Source of the DNA: Candidatus Latescibacterota bacterium
GTDB lineage: Bacteria; Latescibacterota; UBA2968; GCA-2709665
DNA length: 64,000 nt
NCBI GenBank assembly: GCA_965248435.1
Contig: OZ252100.1
Coordinates: 3,488,001-3,552,000 of the forward strand
Direction: 5' to 3'
Each line of letters starts with the position of its first letter. The stretch's first letter is position 1. This document shows positions 27,049 through 37,159 of the stretch, one piece after another. Both the position numbers and the translations under genes were made by a program. The notes beneath the pieces are model-generated. The model ran no database searches, was not told where the DNA came from, and saw nothing but the letters and a program-made list of their open reading frames with translations.

Positions 27049-28632
27049 TCACAGATTTCTTTCGCCGGTGACCTCCGCCTCACAGGCCTCGTATTTCCGA
27101 ATCAACTTGGCATAGATCTCCCGAGCATCGGGAGCCGGGTTGATGGCCGACCCGGAAACAGGATCTGCAAACCCCGACACGACCTCGTCCCAGGGCATTT
27201 CGTTTCCGGATTCAAGGAGGTAGCCGTGGGCCGCCCTCAACGCGGCGCCAAGGGCCGCGCTGTTTGTCGTTTCGAAGCGGTATACGGGGCATCCCTGGAC
27301 GTCGGCCATGACCTGCAGGATGTCTCGATTTCCCGAAGCGCCGCCCGTTGCATAAATCTTCGCGGTGCTGACGCCCATCCATTTCGCGTGGATGCGCATG
27401 GAGATCATTTGCGCCTCAACGACCGCCCTGCAGTTGCCTGAAATGTTGTCTTCCTCGAGCCCAATTCTTCTCACGCCCGGCTCGAGGACGTTCGGTACGA
27501 TCTCGGGTTCAAAATAGGGTAGCATGACCTTGCCGTCATTTCCAGGAGGCGCCGTAGACAACGCCCTGGAAAATCCGTCCCAGTCCAACCCAAAGGAATC
27601 TTTGACCTTTTCTCGCGCGAGGGATCCGTTCTTGAAGCAGATGAGCGTCATGTAGTCGCCTGTGGGCGAGACGAAGACGTGTCCCTCACCCCTCGGGTCA
27701 AAGCGGCAGTCCTTCATCGTTCCGAAATAGGTGTCGCTTGTTCCGAGGCTGATGGCGACCATGCCCTCCCGAATCAGACCCAGCCCGACCACGCTGTTTG
27801 GATTGTCGCCCGACCAGACCAGCGCCTTCGCGTTTGCGTTCAACTCGTATCTTTCAGCAAAGTAGGGACTGACGGAGCCGATGCACGTCCAGGATTCGGC
27901 CAGCGAAGGCAGACGGCCTTCCAGGCCGGGGGCCGTGGCCTCCAGCGCGCCGGCGTGCCACCGCCGTGTTCGGATATCCATCAGGTTCATACCTGCGCCA
28001 TCGCCGTGGTCGATCGGAGCGATCCTTCCTGCCATAAGGGAAGCCATGAACGAACTGACGAGCGCGATATGGTTTGTATCCTCGTAGGCAGCCGGCTCGG
28101 TCTTGAAGAACTTTCTGATCTGGGGTCCGGTGAAGCGCTCAAAGGTCGTCGACCCTGTGGCCTCTGCGGTCGCCCCAAGGCCGCCCAGCCCCTCGCATAT
28201 CTCACTGCATTCCCGGGTCGTGGATGAATCCATCCAAACCGGTGAGGTCTGCCGGGAAAAAACGCCCTCCAGGTTTTCCTTAAGGCTCTTCGAGGGATCG
28301 AGGCCCTCGAGGGCCTTTGCCGCCTCGTCGTTCAAGTAGACGGAACCGTGCTGCTGACCCGACCCGGATACGGCCAGGACCTCGCTCAGCCTCACTCCCG
28401 CGTCGCTCATCTTCTCGAACAGGACATCCAGCGCCTCCACCCATATCAGGGGTGGAGTGTGGACGACCCTGGGGTCCTGATGAGGGAGCACGCCATTCTG
28501 TGTCCCGTAGGAGGGAAACGTTTCGTCGAACCCGACCGAATCTTCGTAGACGATTTCTCGGCTCGTGAGATCTATAACGACCGCGGTGAGGCTCTGCGTG
28601 CTCGAGTCGAGCCCCAGGAACAACCTGCTCAT
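27049..28632 (-). CDS. Xylulokinase (FGGY family, eukaryote-like subtype)
   Basis: LGLDSSTQS, SGSGQQHGSVY, PVWMDSST, ERFTGPQIRK, GDNPNS, ISLGTSDT, NGSLARE, TGGASGN. Confidence 0.85.
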   Translation of the reverse strand: MSRLFLGLDSSTQSLTAVVIDLTSREIVYEDSVGFDETFPSYGTQNGVLPHQDPRVVHTPPLIWVEALDVLFEKMSDAGVRLSEVLAVSGSGQQHGSVYLNDEAAKALEGLDPSKSLKENLEGVFSRQTSPVWMDSSTTRECSEICEGLGGLGATAEATGSTTFERFTGPQIRKFFKTEPAAYEDTNHIALVSSFMASLMAGRIAPIDHGDGAGMNLMDIRTRRWHAGALEATAPGLEGRLPSLAESWTCIGSVSPYFAERYELNANAKALVWSGDNPNSVVGLGLIREGMVAISLGTSDTYFGTMKDCRFDPRGEGHVFVSPTGDYMTLICFKNGSLAREKVKDSFGLDWDGFSRALSTAPPGNDGKVMLPYFEPEIVPNVLEPGVRRIGLEEDNISGNCRAVVEAQMISMRIHAKWMGVSTAKIYATGGASGNRDILQVMADVQGCPVYRFETTNSAALGAALRAAHGYLLESGNEMPWDEVVSGFADPVSGSAINPAPDAREIYAKLIRKYEACEAEVTGERNL

Positions 28633-28813
28633 TTCAATATTCTCCTGCAAAGGAAGGCAGATTTCGGATCAGAGTCAGATCCTGATGGCTTCGGAGGCCG
28701 AACCGGGCGACAAAATTGAAAGTTAGAGCCGGTGGACTGCGATGTCAATTGCTGATCCGGGAGGATCGGCCCGATATCGGTCGCGCCTGGACCCCCATTA
28801 TGGGAAAAAGCTC

Positions 28814-28842
28814 TTGACTGTGTATACAAGATGTTGTATTTT
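28814..28842 (+). promoter_or_regulatory. Sigma70 promoter of smc
   Basis: TTGACT-N17-TATTTT. Confidence 0.55.
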
Positions 28843-29006
28843 AGACACATCTGGAAGAGTTGTCATCGAATTGCACGTCACCGATTTCTTTTCCCCGGCT
28901 TTCTCCTCTCCCTGTACCTTGCCTTTCGATCTGTCTCGCCTGCAGACATCGCTTTCGAGTGCCCATTTCCGGGATGAGCTTTAGCGAATTCCCAGGAGGC
29001 TGACCC

Positions 29007-32000
29007 TTGTATCTTTCCCGTCTCTCAGCGGTCGGGTTCAAATCTTTTGCAGAACGGCTGGATTTGAAGCTCCAAAAGGGCATTATCTGCGTGGTGGGCC
29101 CCAACGGGTGCGGAAAGTCGAATGTGGTGGACGCCCTGAAATGGGCCCTGGGTGAACAGCGCCCGCGTTCTCTACGAAGCCACTCGATGGATGACGTGAT
29201 TTTTTCCGGGTCACGGACGCGAAAGCCGCTGGGTATGTCCGAAGTGTCCGTGACAATCGACAACTCCGATAGTTTGCTGCCCGTGGAGTTTTCAGAGGTG
29301 ACGGTCACTCGAAGGCTGTTCCGGTCCGGGGAGAGTGAATACCTGCTGAACAAACTCCCGTGCCGGCTCAAAGACATCCACAACCTGTTCATGGACACCG
29401 GGCTGGGGGCTTCTCACGCCTATGTGATCGAACAGGGAATGGTGGACGAGATCATCAGCGACAAACCGGAAGAGCGCAGGCGGCTTTTCGAAGAAGCGGC
29501 GGGCGTTACTCGATACAAGGTCCGTCGAAGGTCGGCGTGGAACAAGCTGCAGTCGATTCAGCAAGATCTGGTCCGGCTGGACGATATCATCACGGAAGTG
29601 GATCGGCAGGTGAACTATCTGGCCAGACAGGAGCGGAAGGCCAGGTTGTACAAGACGCGGTCAGACGAGCTCAGAGGGCTGGAAATTCTGCTGGCACGAT
29701 TCCGTTTCTTCGAGATGTCCGATCGCTCGCGACCGATGCTGGATGAGATGGCTTTTCTGAAGGAAGACAGCGAAATCGGTCAGGCCGACGTTACCAAACT
29801 CGAGGCGAGGCTGGAAGCCGTCCGAGCCGAGCTGACCGACCAGGACCATGCCCTGGCTGCGGCCAACGCAGATGTGAGCCGCCACGTGGAGACCGTCTAC
29901 CGAAAAGACCGCGAGATTGCGGTGGCGAAAGAAGAATCCAGGAGTATCGATGCCTTTCTTTCTCGCTCTGCTGAGAGGCAGGATGAACTGGGCGCCCGGG
30001 AGGAACTGGCGGTTCAGGCGCAGGAGGCTGCAGAAAAAGGCAGGCGGGAGGCCGTGGGCGCGCTGGAAGAGACCGAGATCGCTCTTCAGAATGAAGAGAC
30101 GGCCCTTGAAAGGGCCGCTGAGATGCTGGAGACGGCCAGGTCTGTGGCAGACGATGAAAAAGCTATGCTGATCGATGCACTTCGTGAGCTGAGAGACCAG
30201 GGCGTATCGCTCGAGCGGGCCAGGACGGAGCTGAAAGGAGTCACCGACCAGCGGGGGCGTCTGAGTGAGGACCGGACCCGAGTGGAGGCGCGTCTCACGG
30301 AATCTAGGACGGAGGCTTCGAACGCGGCCCGACAGATTGTGGATGAAGAGCGGAAACTCGAAGAGCATAATGGGCTCAAGACGGCGCACGCCGAAGCAAA
30401 GGAGCGGTTGGAAAAGGACCTGTATGATCATATTGAACATCGGAACGGCGTGAAGACCCAGCTGGAGGCCGATGCCGCCCGGCTCGCCCTGCTGAAAAAG
30501 CTGCGCGAAGGGCTTGAAGGGTATTCGGCGGGTGTGCGTGAGCTGCTGAAGGGTGAATCCCCCGTTTCAGGACGAATACGGGGAGTTGTCGCGGATCTGG
30601 TCGTCGTTGAGTCGGACCACGAGTCTGCTGTGGAGGCGGCCCTGGGAAGGGCTCTGGAATGCCTGGTCGTGGATTCGACAGACGATGCTGTCGAGACGAT
30701 CGCATACCTCAGGTCGGGAAAACTGGGGGCGGCCGCGTTCCTGCCACTTGACAGGATGTCCCGAAGAAACGGCGTATCTTGGGAGGTCCCGACGGGTCCG
30801 GGCATCGTGGGCCGGGCTTCAGACCTGATTCTGTCCGAGGGGGGAAGTGCCGTAGGTGAACTGCTTCGCCGGTCCCTGGTCGTGAGGGACACAGAGGTGG
30901 CCCTGAACGTAGCAGACAAGATGGGTGAAGTCGGGGTCGATGTCGTGACGCTGAAGGGAGAGGTGTTTGCCGCGAACGGGACGGTTTACGGCGGGGCCAC
31001 CGACGGGCAGGAGACGGGGTTGATCGGCAGGGTAAAGCTGATCGAAAGGCTGGAGGCCAGCCTCGAGGCGGGCGAATCGCGGCGAGAATCTCTGGAGTTG
31101 GATATTTCACGATTGGAGCGGGCCCGCGAAGAGGAGACGGCGGCTTTAGATGTGGAGGAGGCAGTCCTGGAACGGTTGCGGAACCGCCTCGCCGGCCTGC
31201 ATCGAGACTCCGAAAATGCCTTTTCCGAAGTGGAGAGGCAGACGAAGGCCTCTGGGGAACTCAGGGAGGAAGCGGCGAGACTCGACCAGCGCGAGCGCCA
31301 GCTGCGCGTTGCGATCGCTGCTGCGGAGGAGGCCCTGAAGGTTCCGGAAGAAAAGCGCAGCCAGCACGAGACGGAGGCACAAAGATCGGATGAAGTCTTG
31401 CGGACTCTGGACGACGGGCGGCGAACCCAAGCGGAAAAAGTGTCGGCTCGCCGGGTAGAGATCGCTTCCTTTAGGGAACGCGTGTCGAATTTCGAGCGAG
31501 AGGCGCGGCGACAGGCTGAAGCCAGGGCCGAGCGGGTCAGGGAGCGCGACCAGCTGACAGAGGAGTGCGGGAAGAGCGAGAAACGAAGCGAACATCTGGC
31601 GGATGTGATAAAAAGCGGTTCAGAGGAACTGGAGGGGCTCAACCAGGTACGCCTTGAACTGGAAGGGAAACGCAGCAGCCAGGCTGAGCAACAGCAGGAA
31701 ATGGTGGGGTCAGCGGGAGAAATGGAAGAAGTGCTGCGTAAGAAACGGGCAGGGGTCACGGAAGGCACAGGGCGGCTTCACGGCCTGGAGGTGGAGCTGG
31801 CTGAACTGAAGACACGTGCGGAAGGGCTTCAAGAACGCATCCGCCGGGAATTCGAAGCGGACATCCAGACGCTCGGGCGGGTGGAAGATCCAGAATTCAG
31901 TGCTGACATCACAGATAAGAAGGTGATCGAGATTCAGGAACGGCTGCGCCGGATGGGGTCAGTCAACCTGGCGGCCCTGGAGGAGTACGATGTGCAGCGG

Positions 32001-32618
32001 GAGCGCTACGAGTTCTTGTCAAAGCAGCGAGCAGATCTGGAGGAGGCAGAGAATACACTGAAGAGAACCATCATGAAGATCGACAGGACGGCGAGAGCGC
32101 GGTTTTTGGAGGCTTTCTCGAAGATCCGAGAGAATTTTCAGCAGACCTTCACGGCCTTCTTCGAAGGCGGGGAAGCGGACCTCGTGCTTGCGCCTGATGT
32201 AGACCCCTTAGAAGCGCCCGTGCAGATTATCGCGCGTCCAAGAGGAAAGCGTCTTCAGAACATCAACCTGCTTTCAGGGGGAGAGCGTGCACTGACCGCG
32301 ATTGCCATGCTCTTCGCGATCTATCTGGTCAAGCCGAGTCCTTTCTGCATCCTTGACGAAGTAGACGCGCCGCTCGATGATGCGAATGTTGATCGATTCA
32401 TACGTGTGGTTCGTAAGTTCTCGGAGCAGACTCAGTTTATTGTTGTGACCCACAATAAGGGGACGATGGAAGCGGCCGACTGCCTGCACGGGATCACCAT
32501 GGAGGAACCAGGCGTATCCAAGCTCGTGTCTGTACGTCTGGGACAGGGCGATGAGTCGGGAGGGAACGGCCAGGCAGAAAGCCTGGAGGAGCCGGCGATG
32601 GTTGGAGCCAACGGCTAG
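29007..32618 (+). CDS. smc: Chromosome segregation protein SMC
   Basis: GFKSF, GPNGCGKSN, coiled coils, hinge (G.VADL..AVEAALG..FLPLD), LSGGE, LDEVDAPLD. Confidence 0.97.
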   Translation: MYLSRLSAVGFKSFAERLDLKLQKGIICVVGPNGCGKSNVVDALKWALGEQRPRSLRSHSMDDVIFSGSRTRKPLGMSEVSVTIDNSDSLLPVEFSEVTVTRRLFRSGESEYLLNKLPCRLKDIHNLFMDTGLGASHAYVIEQGMVDEIISDKPEERRRLFEEAAGVTRYKVRRRSAWNKLQSIQQDLVRLDDIITEVDRQVNYLARQERKARLYKTRSDELRGLEILLARFRFFEMSDRSRPMLDEMAFLKEDSEIGQADVTKLEARLEAVRAELTDQDHALAAANADVSRHVETVYRKDREIAVAKEESRSIDAFLSRSAERQDELGAREELAVQAQEAAEKGRREAVGALEETEIALQNEETALERAAEMLETARSVADDEKAMLIDALRELRDQGVSLERARTELKGVTDQRGRLSEDRTRVEARLTESRTEASNAARQIVDEERKLEEHNGLKTAHAEAKERLEKDLYDHIEHRNGVKTQLEADAARLALLKKLREGLEGYSAGVRELLKGESPVSGRIRGVVADLVVVESDHESAVEAALGRALECLVVDSTDDAVETIAYLRSGKLGAAAFLPLDRMSRRNGVSWEVPTGPGIVGRASDLILSEGGSAVGELLRRSLVVRDTEVALNVADKMGEVGVDVVTLKGEVFAANGTVYGGATDGQETGLIGRVKLIERLEASLEAGESRRESLELDISRLERAREEETAALDVEEAVLERLRNRLAGLHRDSENAFSEVERQTKASGELREEAARLDQRERQLRVAIAAAEEALKVPEEKRSQHETEAQRSDEVLRTLDDGRRTQAEKVSARRVEIASFRERVSNFEREARRQAEARAERVRERDQLTEECGKSEKRSEHLADVIKSGSEELEGLNQVRLELEGKRSSQAEQQQEMVGSAGEMEEVLRKKRAGVTEGTGRLHGLEVELAELKTRAEGLQERIRREFEADIQTLGRVEDPEFSADITDKKVIEIQERLRRMGSVNLAALEEYDVQRERYEFLSKQRADLEEAENTLKRTIMKIDRTARARFLEAFSKIRENFQQTFTAFFEGGEADLVLAPDVDPLEAPVQIIARPRGKRLQNINLLSGGERALTAIAMLFAIYLVKPSPFCILDEVDAPLDDANVDRFIRVVRKFSEQTQFIVVTHNKGTMEAADCLHGITMEEPGVSKLVSVRLGQGDESGGNGQAESLEEPAMVGANG

Positions 32619-32790
32619 CTAAAGTGCGCCCTTTACGGGTATCGTCGCTCGTTGACCGTTGATGTTACACGGAGGCCGGATAATCTGATGAATTGATTGA
32701 TTAAGCAAGAGCATAGGCCAAAAAAGAAAACCCGTGCTGTCCTCGTGGACTGCAGGGGTTTTTGCGTTGTGCGTGATCTCCAGAGTGACC

Positions 32791-33303
32791 TTACGACTCG
32801 GATTGACGCGCGGTCCCTTCTTCAGGCAGGTTCATCACGCGCGCGACCATCCGGACCTCTGCGGTTCCGATGCTCAACTCGCGTGCGACATCACGGGTCG
32901 ACTTGCCTTCAGATAAGAGTTTTCGTGCCCTTGCGTAGGGGTCGTCATCGATCTCTTCTCTTTCGTCCGCCGCTTCCGGCTTGGAAGACTCAGTGGAACT
33001 GGGTGTCGCTAAGGCTTCGAGCGGCGCAGGCGTCAGTTCCTTTATTCGGTCTAATCTCTCGTCGAGGGACTTAAAGCCCTCATTGAGCTGTTCATCCGCG
33101 GTCTGAAGAGAGGCGGTGGCATGTTGTAGGGATTCCACTACGAGCGAGAGTCTGTCGACTTCCACGGACAGGCCCTTGAGTTGCTTCTGGGCCTCTTCTC
33201 GTTCCTCCTTGCGCCAGCCCCGGCACCAGACCAGGATGGAGAAAACCATGGCGAGACAGAAGAGGATAGAGATGGCCCAGTATAGAATTTCGATACCTTG
33301 CAT
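32791..33303 (-). CDS. Membrane-anchored coiled-coil protein with C-terminal HTH-like module (DUF2802-like, flagellar-associated)
   Basis: N-terminal TM; YARARKLLSEGKSTRDVARELSIGTAEVRMV. Confidence 0.6.
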   Translation of the reverse strand: MQGIEILYWAISILFCLAMVFSILVWCRGWRKEEREEAQKQLKGLSVEVDRLSLVVESLQHATASLQTADEQLNEGFKSLDERLDRIKELTPAPLEALATPSSTESSKPEAADEREEIDDDPYARARKLLSEGKSTRDVARELSIGTAEVRMVARVMNLPEEGTARQSES

Positions 33304-33339
33304 CAGATTTTCAGAATCGTCCGTTCGCGGAGTCCGAGC

Positions 33340-34536
33340 TTACGAAGCCTCGGACGTGTAGTTTGGAAATTCAAGCGTAAAGGTCGTGCCCACGCCGACC
33401 TGGCTGTCTACCGTGATTTTGCCTTTATGATTTTTGACGATACCGTGAATGATGGAAAGCCCCAGCCCGGTACCGCCCTGCTCCTCGCGGGTCGTAAAAA
33501 AGGGATCGAAGATCCGAGGCAGATGGGATTCCGGGATGCCTTCCCCGGTGTCGCGGATGCGGGCGGTGGATTTCTTGCCATCGGAGTGCAATTCGATGTC
33601 GAGTCTCCCGCCCTTGGGCATCGCCTGGTGTGCGTTGATAAGCAAGTTGAGAAAGACCTGTTCGATTTCCCCTACATTGCAATGGATCTTCGGGGAATCA
33701 CCCTCCGGGAGGTGTGTTTGAACTTCGATTCCGGATTTTTCCATCAAGTGCTGCATGAGATTGGCTGTCTGTGTGACCACGTAGACAAGATCGGCGGGCT
33801 TCCATTCTTCCTCTTCATTGTTGTGCCTGGCAAAGTCGAGCAAGCTACGGATGATTCGCGAGACCCGCTTGACGTTAGACTCGATCAGCACCAGGTCATC
33901 GGTAAAACGTTCCTCGTTTGCGTAGCGTATCAACAGGAGTTGTACACGGCTCAGGATGATCTGGAGAGGGTTGTTGACCTCGTGAGCAACGCCCGCTGCC
34001 AACTGGCCAACGGCGGCCAGTTTTCCGGACTGAACCAACTGGATCTGAGAGGCTTTGAGTTTCTCCCGGGTTCGGATCTGAGCATCGTAGAGCCGCACAT
34101 TCTCGAGGGCCATCGCCGCCTGACGTGACAGGATGGATATCAGGTCAAGTTCTTCCTCGGCGTAATCGTCCTGTGCACGGTCGGAGGCAATCACAAAGAG
34201 GCCGAGGACTTGATGATCCTCAGTCACAACCGGTGAGACAACGAGGGTCTTCCCAGTACCTTCGGGGTGGACATCCGCCTCAGACACGACCAGAGGCTTT
34301 TCGATCTCGAAGGTCTCCCTGAGTAGGCCATTCTTGTGGAGCTGATGAACACGGGCTTCAAAGGAGGGGAGCGCGTTCCGCGTCGTGAGCAGTTCGGGAG
34401 CGCCTTTGCCCTGGATCCGAAAGATGCCCGAAGCGTGCGTGTCGGTAAGCGTTTCGCAGAGTTGGAGAAGGGCGTTCAAGACGCCCTCAAGGGGTTCTTT
34501 AGGCATAGTGCCCGCGGTCAGTCTATGCACGTCCAC
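33340..34536 (-). CDS. Cytoplasmic GAF-domain sensor histidine kinase (NtrB-like)
   Basis: GQLAAGVAHEVNNPL, QVFLNLLINA, DTGEGI, IFDPFFTT, GTGLGL; no TM segment. Confidence 0.9.
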   Translation of the reverse strand: MDVHRLTAGTMPKEPLEGVLNALLQLCETLTDTHASGIFRIQGKGAPELLTTRNALPSFEARVHQLHKNGLLRETFEIEKPLVVSEADVHPEGTGKTLVVSPVVTEDHQVLGLFVIASDRAQDDYAEEELDLISILSRQAAMALENVRLYDAQIRTREKLKASQIQLVQSGKLAAVGQLAAGVAHEVNNPLQIILSRVQLLLIRYANEERFTDDLVLIESNVKRVSRIIRSLLDFARHNNEEEEWKPADLVYVVTQTANLMQHLMEKSGIEVQTHLPEGDSPKIHCNVGEIEQVFLNLLINAHQAMPKGGRLDIELHSDGKKSTARIRDTGEGIPESHLPRIFDPFFTTREEQGGTGLGLSIIHGIVKNHKGKITVDSQVGVGTTFTLEFPNYTSEAS

Positions 34537-34562
34537 ACAGTTGGTTTAATCGCGACTTTACT

Positions 34563-35483
34563 TCAATCACCCAGGTCATCAAAGACCTGAGCCTTGTCAA
34601 GCTCGGCATCGAGACCCTCGCCTAAACGGTCGAGCAGAGCTTCGTCTGAGAGGTCTTCCCCGCCCTTGAACAGGCCCGCTACCATAGCGTCCAGTCTGGC
34701 GGGCTGACTATCTCCACTGTTTCCAATACCGCGATGCCGCACGAGGGCGTTGGCCAGATGGACGAGAAGGAGGAGCTCCTCAGGATTCTCGAGATCGCTG
34801 GGATTGTGGTGATAGGCGATCGTCTCAACGAGGGCTTGAGGGAGGTTCCACTTTTCGGCCAGCCAACCTCCGATGTCAGCGTGGGTCACACCAAGGGTCT
34901 GCTCCTCTGCCTCGGCGATCGTCAAACTTTCAGTCTCGGCCTTTTCTAGGGCTTCAGAGAATTGATCGGGGAAGTACTCGATCAAGATCAGCTTTCCGAT
35001 GTCGTGCAGGATTCCGCAAACGAAAGCTTCGGCCTCGACCTTGTAGTTGAACCTCTTCGCCAGCATCTGCCCCGCGACGGCACTGGCGATGGCGTGGCCC
35101 CAAAATCTCTGCCGGTCAAAGAGCCGGTGTTCCTTTCCGCTGGAGAATCGCTTAAGCACGGCAACACTGAGGCCCAGGTTTTTGACCGCTTCGAACCCCA
35201 GCACGACGATGGCGAGCTGGATCGTCGCGATTTTGCGCGGAAAGCCGTAAAAGGCAGAGTTGGCGACTTTCAGGATCTTCGCCGTCAGGGCCTGGTCGGT
35301 GGATATGAGCTTGGCGAGTTGTCTCGCGGAAGACTTGGGGTCTCCGACCAGGGCGATGAGCTGAGTAACGATGGTCGGTAGGGTGGGCAGCCCAATGATT
35401 TTCTCGGTGACTTGGCGCAGCGCTTGAATGCGGTCCTGTCGCATGTCCACGGTCTGTTCGGATCTCTGGGCCAGTTTTTGCAC
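34563..35483 (-). CDS. HDOD domain protein
   Basis: LPTLP, DQALTAKILKVANSAFYG, FWGHA, GILHDIGK, HADIG..LAEKWNLP, YHH. Confidence 0.92.
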   Translation of the reverse strand: MQKLAQRSEQTVDMRQDRIQALRQVTEKIIGLPTLPTIVTQLIALVGDPKSSARQLAKLISTDQALTAKILKVANSAFYGFPRKIATIQLAIVVLGFEAVKNLGLSVAVLKRFSSGKEHRLFDRQRFWGHAIASAVAGQMLAKRFNYKVEAEAFVCGILHDIGKLILIEYFPDQFSEALEKAETESLTIAEAEEQTLGVTHADIGGWLAEKWNLPQALVETIAYHHNPSDLENPEELLLLVHLANALVRHRGIGNSGDSQPARLDAMVAGLFKGGEDLSDEALLDRLGEGLDAELDKAQVFDDLGD

Positions 35484-35534
35484 GGTGATTTCCTCAGCGA
35501 TGACTCGGCGAAGCGAGGAACCGGAAATCGATCA

Positions 35535-36308
35535 TTACTGCATCAACCGCATCCGGAGCTTGGCGCGGAGACTGAGGACGGATTTCGTGTGAATCTGTGA
35601 GACTCGGGATTCGGACAGTTCCATTACCTGTCCGATTTCTTTGAGCGTCAACTCTTCATAATAGTAGAGCGCAATGACCAGACGTTCCTGTTCGCTCAGA
35701 AGTTCAATGGATTCGACCAAGAGTTTGCGCATCTCGTCCCGCTCCAAGTCGGAGAGGGCATCAGAGCGTTCGCGAGATTGAAGCGTGTCGATGAGGGGGA
35801 CAGGTTTGTCGTCGTCTGAGCCATAAGTGAGTTCGTCCAACGACAGAAGGGTCGTTGAACTGACATCGTCTAGGAGTTTGTAGAGATCTCCAAGCGAGAT
35901 GTCGAGATTTTCAGCGATTTCTTCCTCAGTGGGTGAGCGTCCCAGTCTGTTTTCGAGGGATGCGATGGCCTTCTCGACCTGGCGGGATCTGGCTCGAGTA
36001 GACCTGGGTGCCCAATCGATGGCGCGGAGTTCATCCAGAATCGAACCCCTGATGCGCATCGAGGCATAACTTTCAAATTTCACGCCTTTGCTCTTGTCGA
36101 AGTTGTTGTAGGCCTCGATGAGCCCCACGACACCGGCGTTGATGAGATCGTCCAGTTCGACCGACTTCGGCAGGCCGATCGCGATTCGCCCGGCGATGTA
36201 TTTGACCAGAGGAAGATAGTTCATAAGCTGCTTCTCTCGCACCGAGGCATCGGATTGTTCCTCGTAGGCTTTGGTCAGGTGCGATTTCTGTTTTTTGGTC
36301 GTTTTCAT
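35535..36308 (-). CDS. fliA: RNA polymerase sigma factor FliA (sigma28)
   Basis: DDLINAGVVGL, FESYASMRIRGSILDELR.IDWAPRS, LYYYEELTLKEIG, SESRVSQIH. Confidence 0.95.
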   Translation of the reverse strand: MKTTKKQKSHLTKAYEEQSDASVREKQLMNYLPLVKYIAGRIAIGLPKSVELDDLINAGVVGLIEAYNNFDKSKGVKFESYASMRIRGSILDELRAIDWAPRSTRARSRQVEKAIASLENRLGRSPTEEEIAENLDISLGDLYKLLDDVSSTTLLSLDELTYGSDDDKPVPLIDTLQSRERSDALSDLERDEMRKLLVESIELLSEQERLVIALYYYEELTLKEIGQVMELSESRVSQIHTKSVLSLRAKLRMRLMQ

Positions 36309-37159
36309 AGCAAACTTTCGGCCTCCGCTTCGGCGACCCATCTGTCCATCAGGCGCTCGAAAAGTCCAGGCCCGGTGTGACGAAGTGTCGTCGTGTCAGG
36401 GGCGAGGAGCTCTGTCAGGTCCGAGATGCATCTGGCGGCAACCGAGTCTGGGTGCGAAAGGATCACGGGACTCTGGTTGCGTGCAGCCTGCTCGACGGAA
36501 GAGTCTTCAAGGACGTGCCCTGCCTTTGAGACCGATGTGCCGAGGAACCGATTGACAATATTGTTGAAGTTCTGGTGAAGCTCGAACGCCTCGCGGGGCG
36601 ACCGCGCCCTGTTGACCAGAAGGCTGACATCGAGGTCTTCACGCTGCGCTTGACAGACCTTGACCATCGCGTAGGCATCCGCAATCGAGGTTGGTTCAGG
36701 TACAGCGACAAGGATCATCCGGTCGGCCGAGAGGACGAAATCGGTGACCTTCGAAGAGATTCCGGCGCCCGTGTCGATCAGAATCAAATCGAATCCTCGT
36801 TCCAATCGCCGCATCTCCTCGGCAAAGGTCTGCTGGTCTCCCGGCCTCCAGGCATCCTGCTCCGATAACCCGGAAGCTGCCGGAAGGATCGAAAGGCCTT
36901 CCGGGCCTGGCACGACGACATCGAACGCGCTGGCACGTCCCTGGAGGAGATCCTCTACGGTGGCCTCCGGAGATAACCCAAGCAGGATGTCTATATTGGC
37001 CAGACCGAGGTCTGCATCGATCAGGAGCACCTGCCTTCCCGCCCTGGATAGGGAGATCCCGAGGTTCAGGCTAAGGGTCGTCTTTCCGACCCCTCCCTTT
37101 CCACTGGTGATCGCCCAGACGGAGGCACTTTCGGCTGCGGGTTCACCCGGAAAGGACAT
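36305..37159 (-). CDS. flhG: Flagellar number regulator FlhG/FleN (MinD-like ATPase)
   Basis: ITSGKGGVGKT, DADLGLANID, DTGAGIS, PEPTSIADAY. Confidence 0.92.
   Translation of the reverse strand: MSFPGEPAAESASVWAITSGKGGVGKTTLSLNLGISLSRAGRQVLLIDADLGLANIDILLGLSPEATVEDLLQGRASAFDVVVPGPEGLSILPAASGLSEQDAWRPGDQQTFAEEMRRLERGFDLILIDTGAGISSKVTDFVLSADRMILVAVPEPTSIADAYAMVKVCQAQREDLDVSLLVNRARSPREAFELHQNFNNIVNRFLGTSVSKAGHVLEDSSVEQAARNQSPVILSHPDSVAARCISDLTELLAPDTTTLRHTGPGLFERLMDRWVAEAEAESLL

Noticed and set aside
29007-32618. SMC as part of a Wadjet-type defence system
   Set aside because: It is a canonical hinge-containing housekeeping SMC with no jetABD neighbours.
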